Of a DNA stretch of 64,000 nt, positions 50,729 through 61,988 are shown piece by piece. Origin of the DNA: Squalus acanthias (taxonomy: Eukaryota); NCBI GenBank assembly GCA_030390025.1, contig CM059433.1, positions 32,118,001 through 32,182,000 on the forward strand, written 5' to 3'. The stretch's first letter is position 1, and the number at the start of each line of letters is the position of its first letter. The translations under genes and the position numbers were made by a program. The notes under the pieces were generated by a model. The model was not told where the DNA came from, did not search any database, and was given only the letters and a program-made list of their open reading frames with translations.

Positions 50729-51568
50729 GGGGGTGATTTTATCAATGGGGACGTGATGGAGGTGGGAAAGCTGCTTGTCGGGTTTCAGTCCCGCCTCCAT
50801 CGACGTTCGGCCAACCCACGCTATTTTCCCTTGATTGACCTTGTTAAGCCCGCCCAGCGGGCTTAGCCGGCCAATTAAGGGAAAGCCGGTGACAGAGAAC
50901 GTCAGCGTATGACGTTTCATCTGTCAAAATTTTTGACTGATGAATTGTCATCGTTTGACAGCTTTGAGAAGCTGTCAAACACAGACAATCTCTGTTCTTT
51001 GGTGAGTCCTTGTACTCAAGACTCACCAAACCTCTTTCCTGAGCAGAAATCAGATGGCTATTGCATCGGAGAATGCAGCAGCCATTCTGTCATCTCTGCC
51101 GTGGAGATGAGGCAGCTCCGCAGCCTAAAGGGATGAAGCCTGGAGGAAGAAGCAAAGGTAAGTAATCTTATTAAAACACTTTAGAGTCACCTCACACAAT
51201 TACCTCTCCACACTTGCACTCATCACTCACCTGCACACCGGACATTTCGGCCCCTAAGATCCCCAGAGACCCACGGCTCGCCTCGCTGACCCTGGCGAGG
51301 TTCGGAGCCGTCAGGAAGCCCACACTTTAGGGCTCAAAATAGGGATTAGCCAAAAAACTGCCTGTTAACTACCTGTTAACAGGCAGTTAATTGGCACTAA
51401 TCCCCTTCCCGACTCGAGGAGACGGGACCCGGCGCGGGTTGGGTACCCATCTCCTGGGAAGATGGCACGGAGGCGGGTTGGGGCGGGATGGGTACCGCTC
51501 CCAGATTCTGCCATTTTCCCAGCAGTCCCGCCTCCATACCCGCCTCCCCAGGGCTGGGAAAATCGCTT
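50729..51568. mobile_element. Harbinger-type MITE, family A relative in inverted orientation
   Basis: Reverse-complement homology to 4272-5117, including the TAACT(A/G)CCTGTTAACAGG palindrome and TTTGACAG hairpins. Left end GGGGGTGATTTT; right TIR degenerate; ends approximate. Confidence 0.75.
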
Positions 51569-51999
51569 GTGAGAATTTTGTGGTTCGGGTAGAGCCAAAA
51601 GGAATTCTACCTGAGAATTAAATAAAGCTTATTAACATTGGCATTTATCAGAAACAGGAAGGAAGGAAGAAGGCATTTATGTAGAACCTTTCATGTTCTC
51701 AGGACATTCCAAAGCACGTCACAGCCAATGAAGTACTCTGAAGAGTAGTCACTATTGTAATATAATGCATAAGAGATTGTACCAATCTTTTCACATATCA
51801 AGCACTTCAATGTTCTCACTGCTAGACTGTGAGCAGAGCCTGACAGGATGAAATGGAATTATTTGTTCTGCATCTTCCAGAGATTCAGGTATGTATTAAA
51901 GTCCATCAGCATGCAAATCTCTTGCTTTAGTTATGATGAATAGGGGATAGGTGCAAAGCATTATCTGGCCCGTATCCTAACTCACACAAAGTCCAGGTC

Positions 52000-52412
52000 A
52001 ACCATCATCCCTGTACTCGCTGACCTACATTGGCTGTCAGTCCACCAATGCCTCAAATTTAAATTCTCATCCTCATGTTCAAATCCCTCCATGGCCCTAT
52101 CTCTGTAACCTTGTCCAGCCCTACAACCCGCCGAGATCGCTGCGTTCCTCTAATTCTGGCCTCTTGTGGATTCTCAAAATCTTTCGCTCCACCATTGGCG
52201 GTCTATGACCTAACCTCTGGAATTCCCTCTTTAAACCTTGCTGTGTCTCCACCTCTCTCTCCTCCTTTAAGACGCTCCTTAAAACTTACCTCTTTGACCA
52301 AGCTGTCCTTCTTTGGCTCAGTGTCAGATTTTGACTGATTACACTCCTATGAAGTATCTCAGGACATTTTATTACATTAAAGGCGCTCTCTAAATGCAAG
52401 TTGATGCTGTTG
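52000..52412 (+). mobile_element. L2 LINE 3' fragment
   Basis: CATCCCTGTACTCGCTGACCTACATTGGCT (P.LA.LHWL) and an L2 tail ending AAATGCAAGTTG. Minus-strand homologues lie at ~3993-4200 and ~37805-38290. Confidence 0.75.
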
Positions 52413-53702
52413 CTGTTTCTGTAGGACAGTCTTCCAGGCAGCCGACCCTCTTACCCGGATATGGGTATTATTCTGATGTGCTTCTCAGTCATTTAATTTT
52501 CCCCATTCACCCATGGAATCCCAGCCTTGAATGCAATCCTTATTTTTTAGCTACTGGAACTGAGGGATAAAAATTCCACTGTTCAATTCTTGTTTATTTC
52601 TGTTCTTCCTTGTTTGTAATTCAATGCTGGCCATGTTCACGTAGTGGAATTACGAACAAATAAAGAACATTCTAGTGGCCAAACTTAAGGCAACACAGAA
52701 ATAGGTGAGTGAACTGCCAGTCGCCTACACTGCAAAACGAACTCAGCTGCCAGACTTACACTGAAAACAAAAATTGTCAGGCAAACCCATTTCTGTCAGT
52801 GAGGCACTCCATGAGCTCCTGATGAAAAGTTTGAGTGGGTTTGTATAATAGCAGCTAATGGATGGTGAACTATTTACAGATGCTCATTGTTCAACTGACC
52901 TGCAAGCACCATTTTTCCATCCAGCAAATTGGCATTTACGTAAAATACAACAAAGAAAAATCAGTCTTAAAAATATATAGTTACCATTGAATCAAAGAAT
53001 GTTACAGCATAGGAATCAGACCATTCAGCCCATCAAGTCTACACCAGTGTTTTTCTCCATATGAGCCCCAGTCTAATTCCATTCTCCTCTCTCTGCCTAT
53101 CCTTTGAGAAACCAATCAAAGGTTTCATAGCAAGTGGAACTGCTCTTGTGTCAACCTTGGCTCAGCAGTAATGCTCCCGTCGGAGTTTTTAGCTGGCAGG
53201 CCTCATCTGAATGACCCCAGTCAGCTGCCCACCCATAACGGGTAAGAAGCAGAGGCTGACCAGCGGGCGGGAGCGGAATTTCGGGCGGAAGAAGGCCACA
53301 ACCAGTACCGACTGCAACCGCTCATTCCTCATAATATCCAGGTGTATCTATGCTGCATCTTTTCCACTGGCTTTCTTATCCGTCCTAAAATCCAGTTCCT
53401 AAATCTGCACACAATACTCCACCTGCCCTCTAACTAAGGTCCAGTTCAGTATTACCTTGCTTTTGTTTTCGATGCCTCTAGTTACAAAACCAAAACCAAA
53501 GATTTCTTTTGCCTTTTTTGAGTCCTTATCTATTTATAGAGGTCTTTAAAGGTAGCAGTGCATCTTCACATCAAGGTGCCTCTGCTCCTCTACTCCTATT
53601 AAAATCTTACAATTTAAAATGTATTTCTTTCTTACTTCAAAAAAGTATTACTTCACATTATCTGCCCATCCTGTCAGCTTACTTATGTCCTGCTGTAGTT
53701 TT

Positions 53703-53968
53703 TCATAGGAGCATAAGAGTAGGAGTAGGCCATTCAGCTCCTCGAGTCTGTTCCATCATTCAATTAGATCATGGCTGATCTGTATCTTAACTCAATCTAC
53801 CTGCTTGGTTCCATTTCCCTTAATATTCTTGCCTAACCAAAAATCTATCAATCTCAGTTTTTACATTTTCAATTGAGCGCCAGCCTCAATAGCTTTTTAG
53901 GGGAGAGAGTTCCAGATTTCCACTACCCTTTGTGTGAAGCAGTGCTTCCTGATATCACCTCTGAATGA
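53703..53968 (-). mobile_element. CR1 3' end fragment
   Basis: Homologous to 11432-11700. Confidence 0.75.
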
Positions 53969-54621
53969 TTCACAATCCTTGTTACTATTTGCCAACCACC
54001 CTGCCCCCAGCCCCAACTTCCCTCAGGATCCCAGGATGTAAACCATAAGGTCTCCGTGATTGGTCTATTTAGGCTAGAGTAACTTCTTTGATACCATTTC
54101 TCTTTGAATAATAACCTCCAATAACGGTTCTCCAAACATCTATAAATGTTGTGCAGGACACAGGAAGAATTCCACGCTCTTCTTCAAAAAACTGCCATGG
54201 GCTCTTTCATGCTCACGTGAACAGGAAGGATTCAGTTTAACATCTCATCATAAAAATAGCGTCTGCAGCATTCCTTCAGTACTGTACTCAACTGTCAGCT
54301 TAGATTATGGCCAAGAGTTTCCACTTTGGGTGCAAACAGCGATCTGGGCACAAATGAACTTTAAGAAGTATTTCTTTTACTCAAGTTTCTGCTCAAACTC
54401 ATTGCATATCGTCGATTATAAAATCTGCCATGAACCAGCGCAATCGGGCAACGTTTTAGGACATCATTTTTTTTTTTAATTTGCATTAAAAAATATTCCT
54501 TGACATGTTTAAGAGTGAAAAGCTGGTGCAGTTTGATTAATACAGCTGAAAATGGGTTTAATCTAGACCACCACCTGTGAGTAGCCTGATTTTAAATAAC
54601 TGAAATGACTTTAAAAATCTA

Positions 54622-55164
54622 GGTCATGATGTGGAGATGCCGGCGTTGGACTGGGGTGGACAAAAATGAGAAGTCGCACAACACCAGGTTATAGTAGGAT
54701 CTGCGGGTAAGCGTTCTCCAAGGCGGCCTTCGGGATACACGACAGCGCAAAATCATAGAGCAGAAACTGATAGCCAAGTTCCGCACTCATGAGGATGGCC
54801 TCAATCGCAATATCGGGTTCATGTCACGATACAGAACGTGACTTGACATCATGGCCGGTCTTCCCAGGTGTTTTTTTTTTAAAAAGACTAACACAAGAAC
54901 CAACACAAATTGACAGGATATGCAGCCAGCAGGTGGTTTGACACGTTGGACCCCCTGGGACACATCTCATTGTCTTGGCTGTGCTCTTAGTGTGTCTTTG
55001 ATGTAGGGAAAGATTTGAATAGATTTTGTCTGTGTTTAAATTGTGAATTCTGGGAGATTCTCTCACTGCTAACTTACCTGAGGAAGGAGCGAACAGCTCC
55101 GAAAGCTTGTAAAATTAAATAAATCTGTTGGACTATAACCTGGTGTTCTGCGACTTCTCATTTT
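54622..55164 (+). mobile_element. Penelope-like element, same family as 5351-6610, shorter, with a short inverted 5' segment
   Basis: GIY-YIG end (DLRVSVLQGG...EQKLIAKFRTHEDGLN) at ~54698-54840 and an inverted terminal segment at 54622-54696. Flanked by a (TT)TAAAAATCTA direct repeat. Confidence 0.85.
55074..55112 (+). ncRNA. Minimal type I hammerhead ribozyme
   Basis: UUAC-CUGAGGA-A-GGAGC(GAACA)GCUCC-GAAA-GCU-U-GUAA: perfect 4-bp stem I, 5-bp stem II and conserved core. Confidence 0.8.
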
Positions 55165-56036
55165 TAAAAATCTATACAGAACCATTTACTAATTACATTG
55201 GTGTACAGTAGTCAGTTTCTTAGTAAACTAAAAAAATATATATTTAAAACCTTTTAAAACGTGCCTATTAGTGATAAAAGAACTACTAATGAGCCAAGCT
55301 GATGCTGAGCTGTTTACCTCCAATTCCATCATTTTTGCCAATAATCTCTTGTATGGAATCTAATCCAATGGCTTCTGGAAGTCCATACAGACAATATCCA
55401 TAGTCACAGCCCTATCCACCATTCTAATGATCTCCTCAAAAAAATCAACTAGATTAGTCAGCACTGACCGACCCTTCACAAATCTACACCAATTCTCTTT
55501 GATCAGCTAATATATTTAACCAAATACTCAGTCTCGGGGCTCGATTTTGTCAGGCCCGAGGAGGCGGGATTGGAGGCGTGTGAGGTGCTAAAATCGCAAA
55601 AAATTGCGGGCGGATCCGATCCTGCCTCCAGCTCACCTTTGAGCAATTTTTCCAAAATCGGAGTTTCAGACCCCGTTTCCCTTAAGGCCCTTAACAACCA
55701 CTTAATTGCCTCTATAATCCAATTTTGAGAGGTCTTTCTGATTTTTAGACATTTCCCCATCCTACACGCCTCCTCTGGAACACGCCAGGTATTCCTGGCA
55801 GCCTCACAAGTGGATTGCTTAGTAACAGCTGCAGCTCCACCATTAAAAAGGAGTTTTCAGCAATCATCATTTGCAGGTGGCAGAATTTTGTTGTCTCAGG
55901 TCTGGGGAACTTTTAGCAGGCCTATCCATTGTTGTGGAAGTTTGGAGCCTGACACCCATCTCCAGTGTGACCTCCTGGGAAACCCCTCTCCCCACCTTTA
56001 CTGAGCGCTTCCTCAACTGAGGTATATAGCAGAAGC

Positions 56037-56263
56037 ATGGGAACTATTTATTTCCTTTCCTCCTGGACATCAGATTCAGACGAAGACCAGCCGTGGCAGC
56101 AGCAGAACCCTGAACAACAGCACCACCAACAGCAGGAGCATCAACAGGAACGCCAAGCTGCTGTTCACCCGCCTGAAACTGCAGAGGCCAGAAGGCGCCA
56201 GAGCGCGACCACATTGCTGCCCGGGATGCAAGGAACGCACTCATGTTGGCCAGATTTGCTTAG
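56037..56263 (+). pseudogene. Putative Harbinger transposase stub, copy 2
   Basis: MGTIYFLSSWTSDSDEDQ plus a Q-rich stretch, joined out of frame to DHIAARDARNALMLARFA*. 227 bp, as in copies 1 and 3. Confidence 0.55.
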
Positions 56264-56521
56264 CCTGCACAATCAAACACTTTCGTCTCACACCTTCTTA
56301 CCAGATCATCGACAATGGACAAGAACCTGTGGATTCCTATCACTCTGACCACCATACTGACAATTGCAAGTCGCCCTAAGCCCTCAATGTGAAAGTCCCA
56401 TTTGCGAAATAACACAGGCCACAACTTCAACAGTTTGCCATCAAATCTGTTTATGATACCATGACAAGGATGGCTGTTCCAAATACAATACATCATAGCA
56501 CCCAAGTAACTACCCTTGTGA

Positions 56522-58527
56522 CTACTTGTGCTTTATCTTCCTCTTACGCGTGCTCCTATGTGGTGCTTCCCCTGTGGCTTCAGCAGATGAGGAGGCCCCT
56601 TGCTCACTTTCTTGCTGCTCCTGTCTAGACGCCTTTGACGGGTGTCCTCTGGGGTTGCGAACCTGTGAGGGCTCGGCAACAGTCTGCTGCTCCTGCGGCT
56701 GTGCAGGGGCTGAGACACCCATCTCAGTTGGGTAAGGACTCTCGTGGGGCTCTGACCGAGGGCTTTGCAGTGGCATGGTCGTGTGAGCGCTTGGAGAGGA
56801 GCCCCCACTTCCTTGTTGTCTGCCACCAACAACCCTCTCATGGGTCAGCCCCACTTCAGAGCTAGCAAGTGGCATGACAGCACCTTGCTGCACTTCAGGG
56901 GGGCCATGAGGACCCATTTCTGCACAATAAGTCCTACTCCAGAGGACTTCCATGAAGCTCTGGTTTCTATGCTCAATAGCTGACCATTGCTCCTCAAGAG
57001 ATATCATTCTATTCTGAACAATGACCATGTTTTCAGGACCCTGGCGACTAAGCTCCTCCATGGCCGTAGCCATCCTCTCCTCTACTGTAGCCATCCTCTC
57101 CTCTACGGTAGCCAGCCTTACAACGGAGTTAGCCATCCTTTCCACGGAGGTAGCCATCCTTTCCACGGAGGTTGCCATCCTTTCGCGGTGATGCGTTCAT
57201 GCGCCAATGCCTCCACAACGGCTCTGCTCATGTTCGCAATGGACTCCTCCATTCGCTCCACACACGCAGTGACCCTGGATTTAAAACCTGCCAGAGATTC
57301 CTGCACCTGTTCCTGGACTTCCAGCACCGCATTCCTTCTGGATGGACCCGGAGACACAGGGTCGACATGCAGCTGAGCTGAGCTGGCAGAGTCTTGCGCC
57401 CTCCGACGAGAACTCTCCACTGCTGTCCCTGTCTCCACCACCTGCTGATGCTCACTTGTGAGCTGCGATACACCAGGTGCCAACACTACTCTATCTCGCG
57501 AAGGTCCCACCAAGGTGTGAGTGTCTACGCTAGTGCTGGGTGCGCTGAATTCTGCTGACGCTGTGCCCTCAGAGGTTGCAGCTTCCGCTGAGGAGTCTTG
57601 AGGCTCAGGCTCTTCCTCCTGGACAGTGGGGTGAGGGGCCTTCGATGGTCCTGTGGGGGAGTAAAGGAAAGAGTTAGAGACGTGAGGTCAAGATTACATG
57701 AACATTGAATAGTGCAGATGATAATAGGTCAATCTGTTAGAGCATCAGGTTCATTATCAGTGACTCATGCAATGTCAATGAGAGAGATGCTAAATTATTC
57801 TATTACCAGCTTGCTGTGATGCGCCCGTCTGTCCGTCCCCCACTTGGGAATCCTCCTCGATCCCGGCGATTTCCAGGGCCACCTCCTCCCAGGCGGTGAG
57901 CTGGGCTACTGAGGGTGGCCCTCCTCCTGTCCTCACTCTTTCCCTTTTATTGTGGGCTCTCTTTTCCTGCAATGAGGGACACAAGTTGAGTTTGAGTGAG
58001 AATGAAGGAGTGAGTGTAGAGAATGCATAGCATAGATGCTTAGAAGGAGACAAAGGGCCCTCCCTGTGTTTTGTAAGTTGTTGTTGTTGTTGCATCACAG
58101 TGATAGGGAGTGTGAGGGTTAAATGGTTGAATAGTTAAGTGAATGTGACCATAGAGAGAGAGGCAATGGGTAACGGTGCAGGGATGTAAGTGTCAAGTGG
58201 GATGTGGAGGAAGAGGTTAGCAAAGCAGAGTGTTGGTGAGGAGAGGCGATGGGGATCAGACTGAGGAGATGGGAAAGTCATACTCACTTTTCCTGTGCGG
58301 AGAAGGTCATGAAACCTCTTCCTGCATTGCAGCCAGGTTCTGCGGCTCATCGATATGGAGTTAACCTCCTGGGCCACTTGCAGCCACACAGCTTTAGTTT
58401 GCTGGGGTGGCTTTTTTCCCCCTGAGGAAGAGAAGAGCACCTCCTTATTCGATCTTGCTCCCTCCACCAGAGCTTGGAGGGAGGGCTCATCGAAGCGTGA
58501 GGCACACTTTTGCCTGCTGGTGGACAT
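56522..58527 (-). pseudogene. Harbinger Myb/SANT + coiled-coil gene, 3 exons (58527-58288, 57966-57807, 57650-56522); ~509 aa apart from one 1-nt frameshift near 57183
   Basis: All four splice sites are canonical and exons 1-2 are open. Exon 3 is open except GCGAAAGG versus G(T/C)GGAAAGG-type sequence in the other copies. Ends in basic RSTRKRKIKHK*. Confidence 0.85.
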
Positions 58528-59398
58528 AGTGGATCTATGAATTCCTTACTGCAATCACCAGAAAGTTTGCAGTCTCCAGAAGAAGCAAGGCTGCTTGCAG
58601 GCCTTAAATCCAGCAGCATTGATGATGTCATCAGAGGCGACTTTCTGTATGAATAGACTCATTGGGCCAGGGGTTCCCACACGCTGGATATCAATTGCCC
58701 AATTAGGGGAAAATCCCACTTTTTCCCCACTTCACTTCGGAGTCGGGGTCCTGACACGAATGCCACCTGACACGCCCCAGCCCTCCCACACTGGCAAAAT
58801 TGAGCCCTCTGTCTCTGATGATAGATCTCAGTATCTTCCCCATAACTGATGTTAAACTGACAAGGCTATAGTTACCTGGTTTATGGAATGACATATGCAA
58901 TTTTCCAATTCAAGGGCACAATTACTGAATCGAAAAAGCTTTGGTCAAAAAATGCATTTGCAATTTCCTCACTTATTTCTTTTAATATCCTGGGGTAAAA
59001 AACACCAGGTCCTTCAATGATTAAATCCACTAAGTTCCTCCCCTTGACTTATTTTTAGGTTCACTTGTGCCACTGGTATTTTGCCCTCTTACTCCACTTG
59101 TGAAAACAGATACAAAAGGCCTGGAATTTGCCATTAGGGGCGGGCTGGGGGCGTGTCAGGTGGTCGTCGTGTTAGGATCCCGACTCCGATGTGAAGTGGG
59201 ACAAAAGTGCGATTTTGCCCTAATTGGGCACTTGATTTCCAGCGTGTGGAAACCCCTGGCCCAATGAGCCTTTTCATACAGAAAGTCGCCTCCGATAACA
59301 TCAGCAATGCTGCTGGATTTAAGGCCTGCAAGCAGCCTTGCTTCTTTTTCAGCCTTTAAACCTTATGCCCATTGTTCTGAGCGCTTCCTTCACCAATT

Positions 59399-61361
59399 AT
59401 GTCCACCAGTAGACCAAAGTGTGCTCCAAGATTCGATGAGGCCTCCCTCCAAGCTCTGCTGGAGGGAGCAAGAGCAAATAAGGAGGTGCTCTTCCCTTCC
59501 TCAGGGAGGAAAAAGCATCCCCAGCAGACTAAAGCTGTGTGGCTTCAAGTGGCCCAAGAGGTAAACGCAATTTCTATGTGCAGCAGAACCTGGCTGCAGT
59601 TCAGGAAGCAGTTTCATGACCTTCTCCGCACAGGAAAAGTGAGTATGACATTCCCATCACCCTCAATCTGATCCCCATCGCCTCTCCTCGCCAGCACTCT
59701 GCTTTGCCACCTCTTCCTCCACATCCCACTTGACCCTCAGATCCCTGCACCCTTACCCATTCCCTCTCTCTCTATGGTCACATTCACTTAACTATTCGAC
59801 CATGCAGCCCTCACACTCCCTATCACTGTGATGCAATGACAACTTACAACACACAGGGAGGGCCCTTTGTCTCCTTCCTAAGCATCTATGCTATGGATTC
59901 TCTACACTCACTCCTTCATTCTCACTCAAATCCACTTGTGTCCCTCATTGCAGGAAGAGAGCCCACAATAAGAGGGAAAGAGCGAGGACAGGAGGAGAGC
60001 CACCCTCAGTAGCCCAGATCACCACTTGGGAGGAGGCGGCCCTGGAGATCGCCGGAGTGGAGGACGATTCGCAAGTGGGGGACGGACAGACGGGCGCATC
60101 ACAGCAAGCTGGTGACAGAATAGTTTAGCATCTCTCTCATTTAAATTGCATGAGTGACTGATAATGAATCTGATGCTCTAACAGATTGACTTATGATCAT
60201 CTGCACAATACAATGTGCATGCAACCTTTACCTCACATCTCTAACTCTTTCCTTTACTCCCTCACAGGACCATTGAGAGCCCCTGTCCCCACTGTCCAGG
60301 AGGAACAGCCTGAGCCTCAAGACTCCTCAGAGGAAGCTGCAACCTCTGAGGGCACAGCGTCAGCAGAATTCGGCGCACCCAGCACCAGCGCAGACACTCA
60401 CACCTCGGTGGGACTTTCGCGAGATAGAGTAGTGTTGTCACCCGGTGTATCACAGCTCAGAAGTGAGCATCAGCAAGTGGTAGAGATAGGGACAGCAGTG
60501 GAAAGTCCTCGACGGAGGGCGCAGAACTCTGCCAGCTCAGCTCAGCTGCATGTCGACCCTATGCCTCCGGGTCCATCCAGGAGAGCGGTGCTGGAACTCC
60601 AGGAAAAGGTGAAGGAGTCCCTGGCAGGTTTTATCTCCAGGGTCGCTGCGAGTGTGGAGCGAATGGAGGAGTCCATCACGAACATGAGTAGAGCCTTTGT
60701 GGAGGCATTGGCACATAAACGCATCACCACGGAAAGGATGGAAACCTCCATGGAAAGGATGGCTACCTCAGTGGTAAGGCTGGCTACCGTAGAGGAGATG
60801 ATGGCTACGGTAGAGGAGAGGATGGCTATGGCCATGGAGGAGCTTAGTCGCCAGTGTATTGAAACATGGTCATTGTTCAGAATAGACTGACATCTCTTGA
60901 GGAGTGATGGTCAGCTATTGAGCATAGAAACCAAACATTCAAGCAAGTCCTCTGGAGTAGAACTTCCAGTGCAGAAACGGGTCCTCATGGCCCCTCTGAA
61001 GTGCAGCAAGGTGCTGTCAAGCCACTTACTAGCTCTGAAGTGGAGCTGACCCATGAGAGGGATGTTGGTGGAAGATAACAAGTAAGTGGGGGCTCCTCTC
61101 CAAGCACTCACACGACCATGCCACTGCAAAGACCTCGGTCAGAGCCCCACCGGAGTCCTCACCCAACTGAGATGGGTGTCTCAGCCGCAGGAGCAGCAGA
61201 CTGTTGTCGAGCCCTCACAGGTTTGCAACCCCAGAGGACGGCCGCCAAAGGTGTCGAGACAGGAGCAACAAGAAAGTGAGCAAGGGGCCTCCACATCTAC
61301 TGAAGCCACAGGGGAAGCAGCACATAGGAGCACGCGTAAGAGGAAGATAAAGCACAAGTAG
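59399..61361 (+). pseudogene. Harbinger Myb/SANT gene, copy 3 (exons 59399-59638, 59954-60111, 60268-61361), several lesions
   Basis: Same exon boundaries as the other copies. 2-nt deletion at the start of exon 2; stops and frameshifts after ~60870. Confidence 0.82.
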
Positions 61362-61609
61362 TCACAAGGGTAGTCAGCTGGGTGTTCTGTTGTATTGATT
61401 TTTGTCAAGCCATCCTTGAATTGTTATGATAAACAGATTTGATGGCAAACTGTTGAAGTTTCATTTCACAAATGGGATGTCCACATTAAGGTCTTAGGGC
61501 GATTTGCAATTGTCAGTATGGTGATCAGAGTGATAGGAATCCGCAGGTTCTTGTCCATTGTCGATGCTCTGGTAAGAAGGTGTGAGGCAAAAGTGTTTGA
61601 TTGTCCAGG

Positions 61610-61836
61610 CTAAGCAAATCTGGCCAACATGAGCGCGTCCCTTGCATCCCGGGCAGCAATGTAGTCACACGCTGGCGCCTTCTGGCTTCTGCAGCTTCAG
61701 GTGGGTGAGCAGCAGCTTGACGCTCCTGTTGTTGCTCCTGCTGTTGGTGGTGCTGTTGTTCAGGGTTCTGCTGCTGCCACAGCTGGTCTTCATCCGAATC
61801 TGATGTCCAGGAGGAAAGGAATTAAATAGTTCCCAT
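61610..61836 (-). pseudogene. Putative Harbinger transposase stub, copy 3
   Basis: 227-bp homologue ending DYIAARDARDALMLARFA*. Confidence 0.55.
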
Positions 61837-61988
61837 GCTTCTGGTATATACCTCAGTTGAGGAAGCGCTCAGTCAAGGTGGGGAGAGGGGTTTCCCAGGA
61901 GGTCACACTGGAGATGGGTGTCAGGCTCCAAACTTCCACAACAATGAGTAGGCCTGCTAAAAGATCCCCCAGACCTGAGACAGACTGA

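Larger units (their letters stand above)
55537..58807 (-). mobile_element. Non-autonomous PIF/Harbinger element, copy 2
   Basis: TIRs GGGCTCGATTTTGTCAG ... CTGGCAAAATTGAGCCC. Flanking trinucleotides TCG/TCT (imperfect TSD). Colinear with copy 1 and inserted into an old CR1 RT fragment. Confidence 0.9.
55270..59117 (-). mobile_element. Old CR1 RT fragment (55270-55536 and 58808-59117) hosting Harbinger copies 2 and 3
   Basis: KPGNYSLVSLTSVMGKILRSIIRDR continues into ETEYLVKY across the insertion. Confidence 0.7.
59118..61982 (+). mobile_element. Non-autonomous PIF/Harbinger element, copy 3 (right end missing, interrupted by a Penelope-like fragment)
   Basis: Diverged left TIR GGCCTGGAATTTGCCATT. 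Colinear with copy 1 up to CAGACCTGAGACA. Confidence 0.85.
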
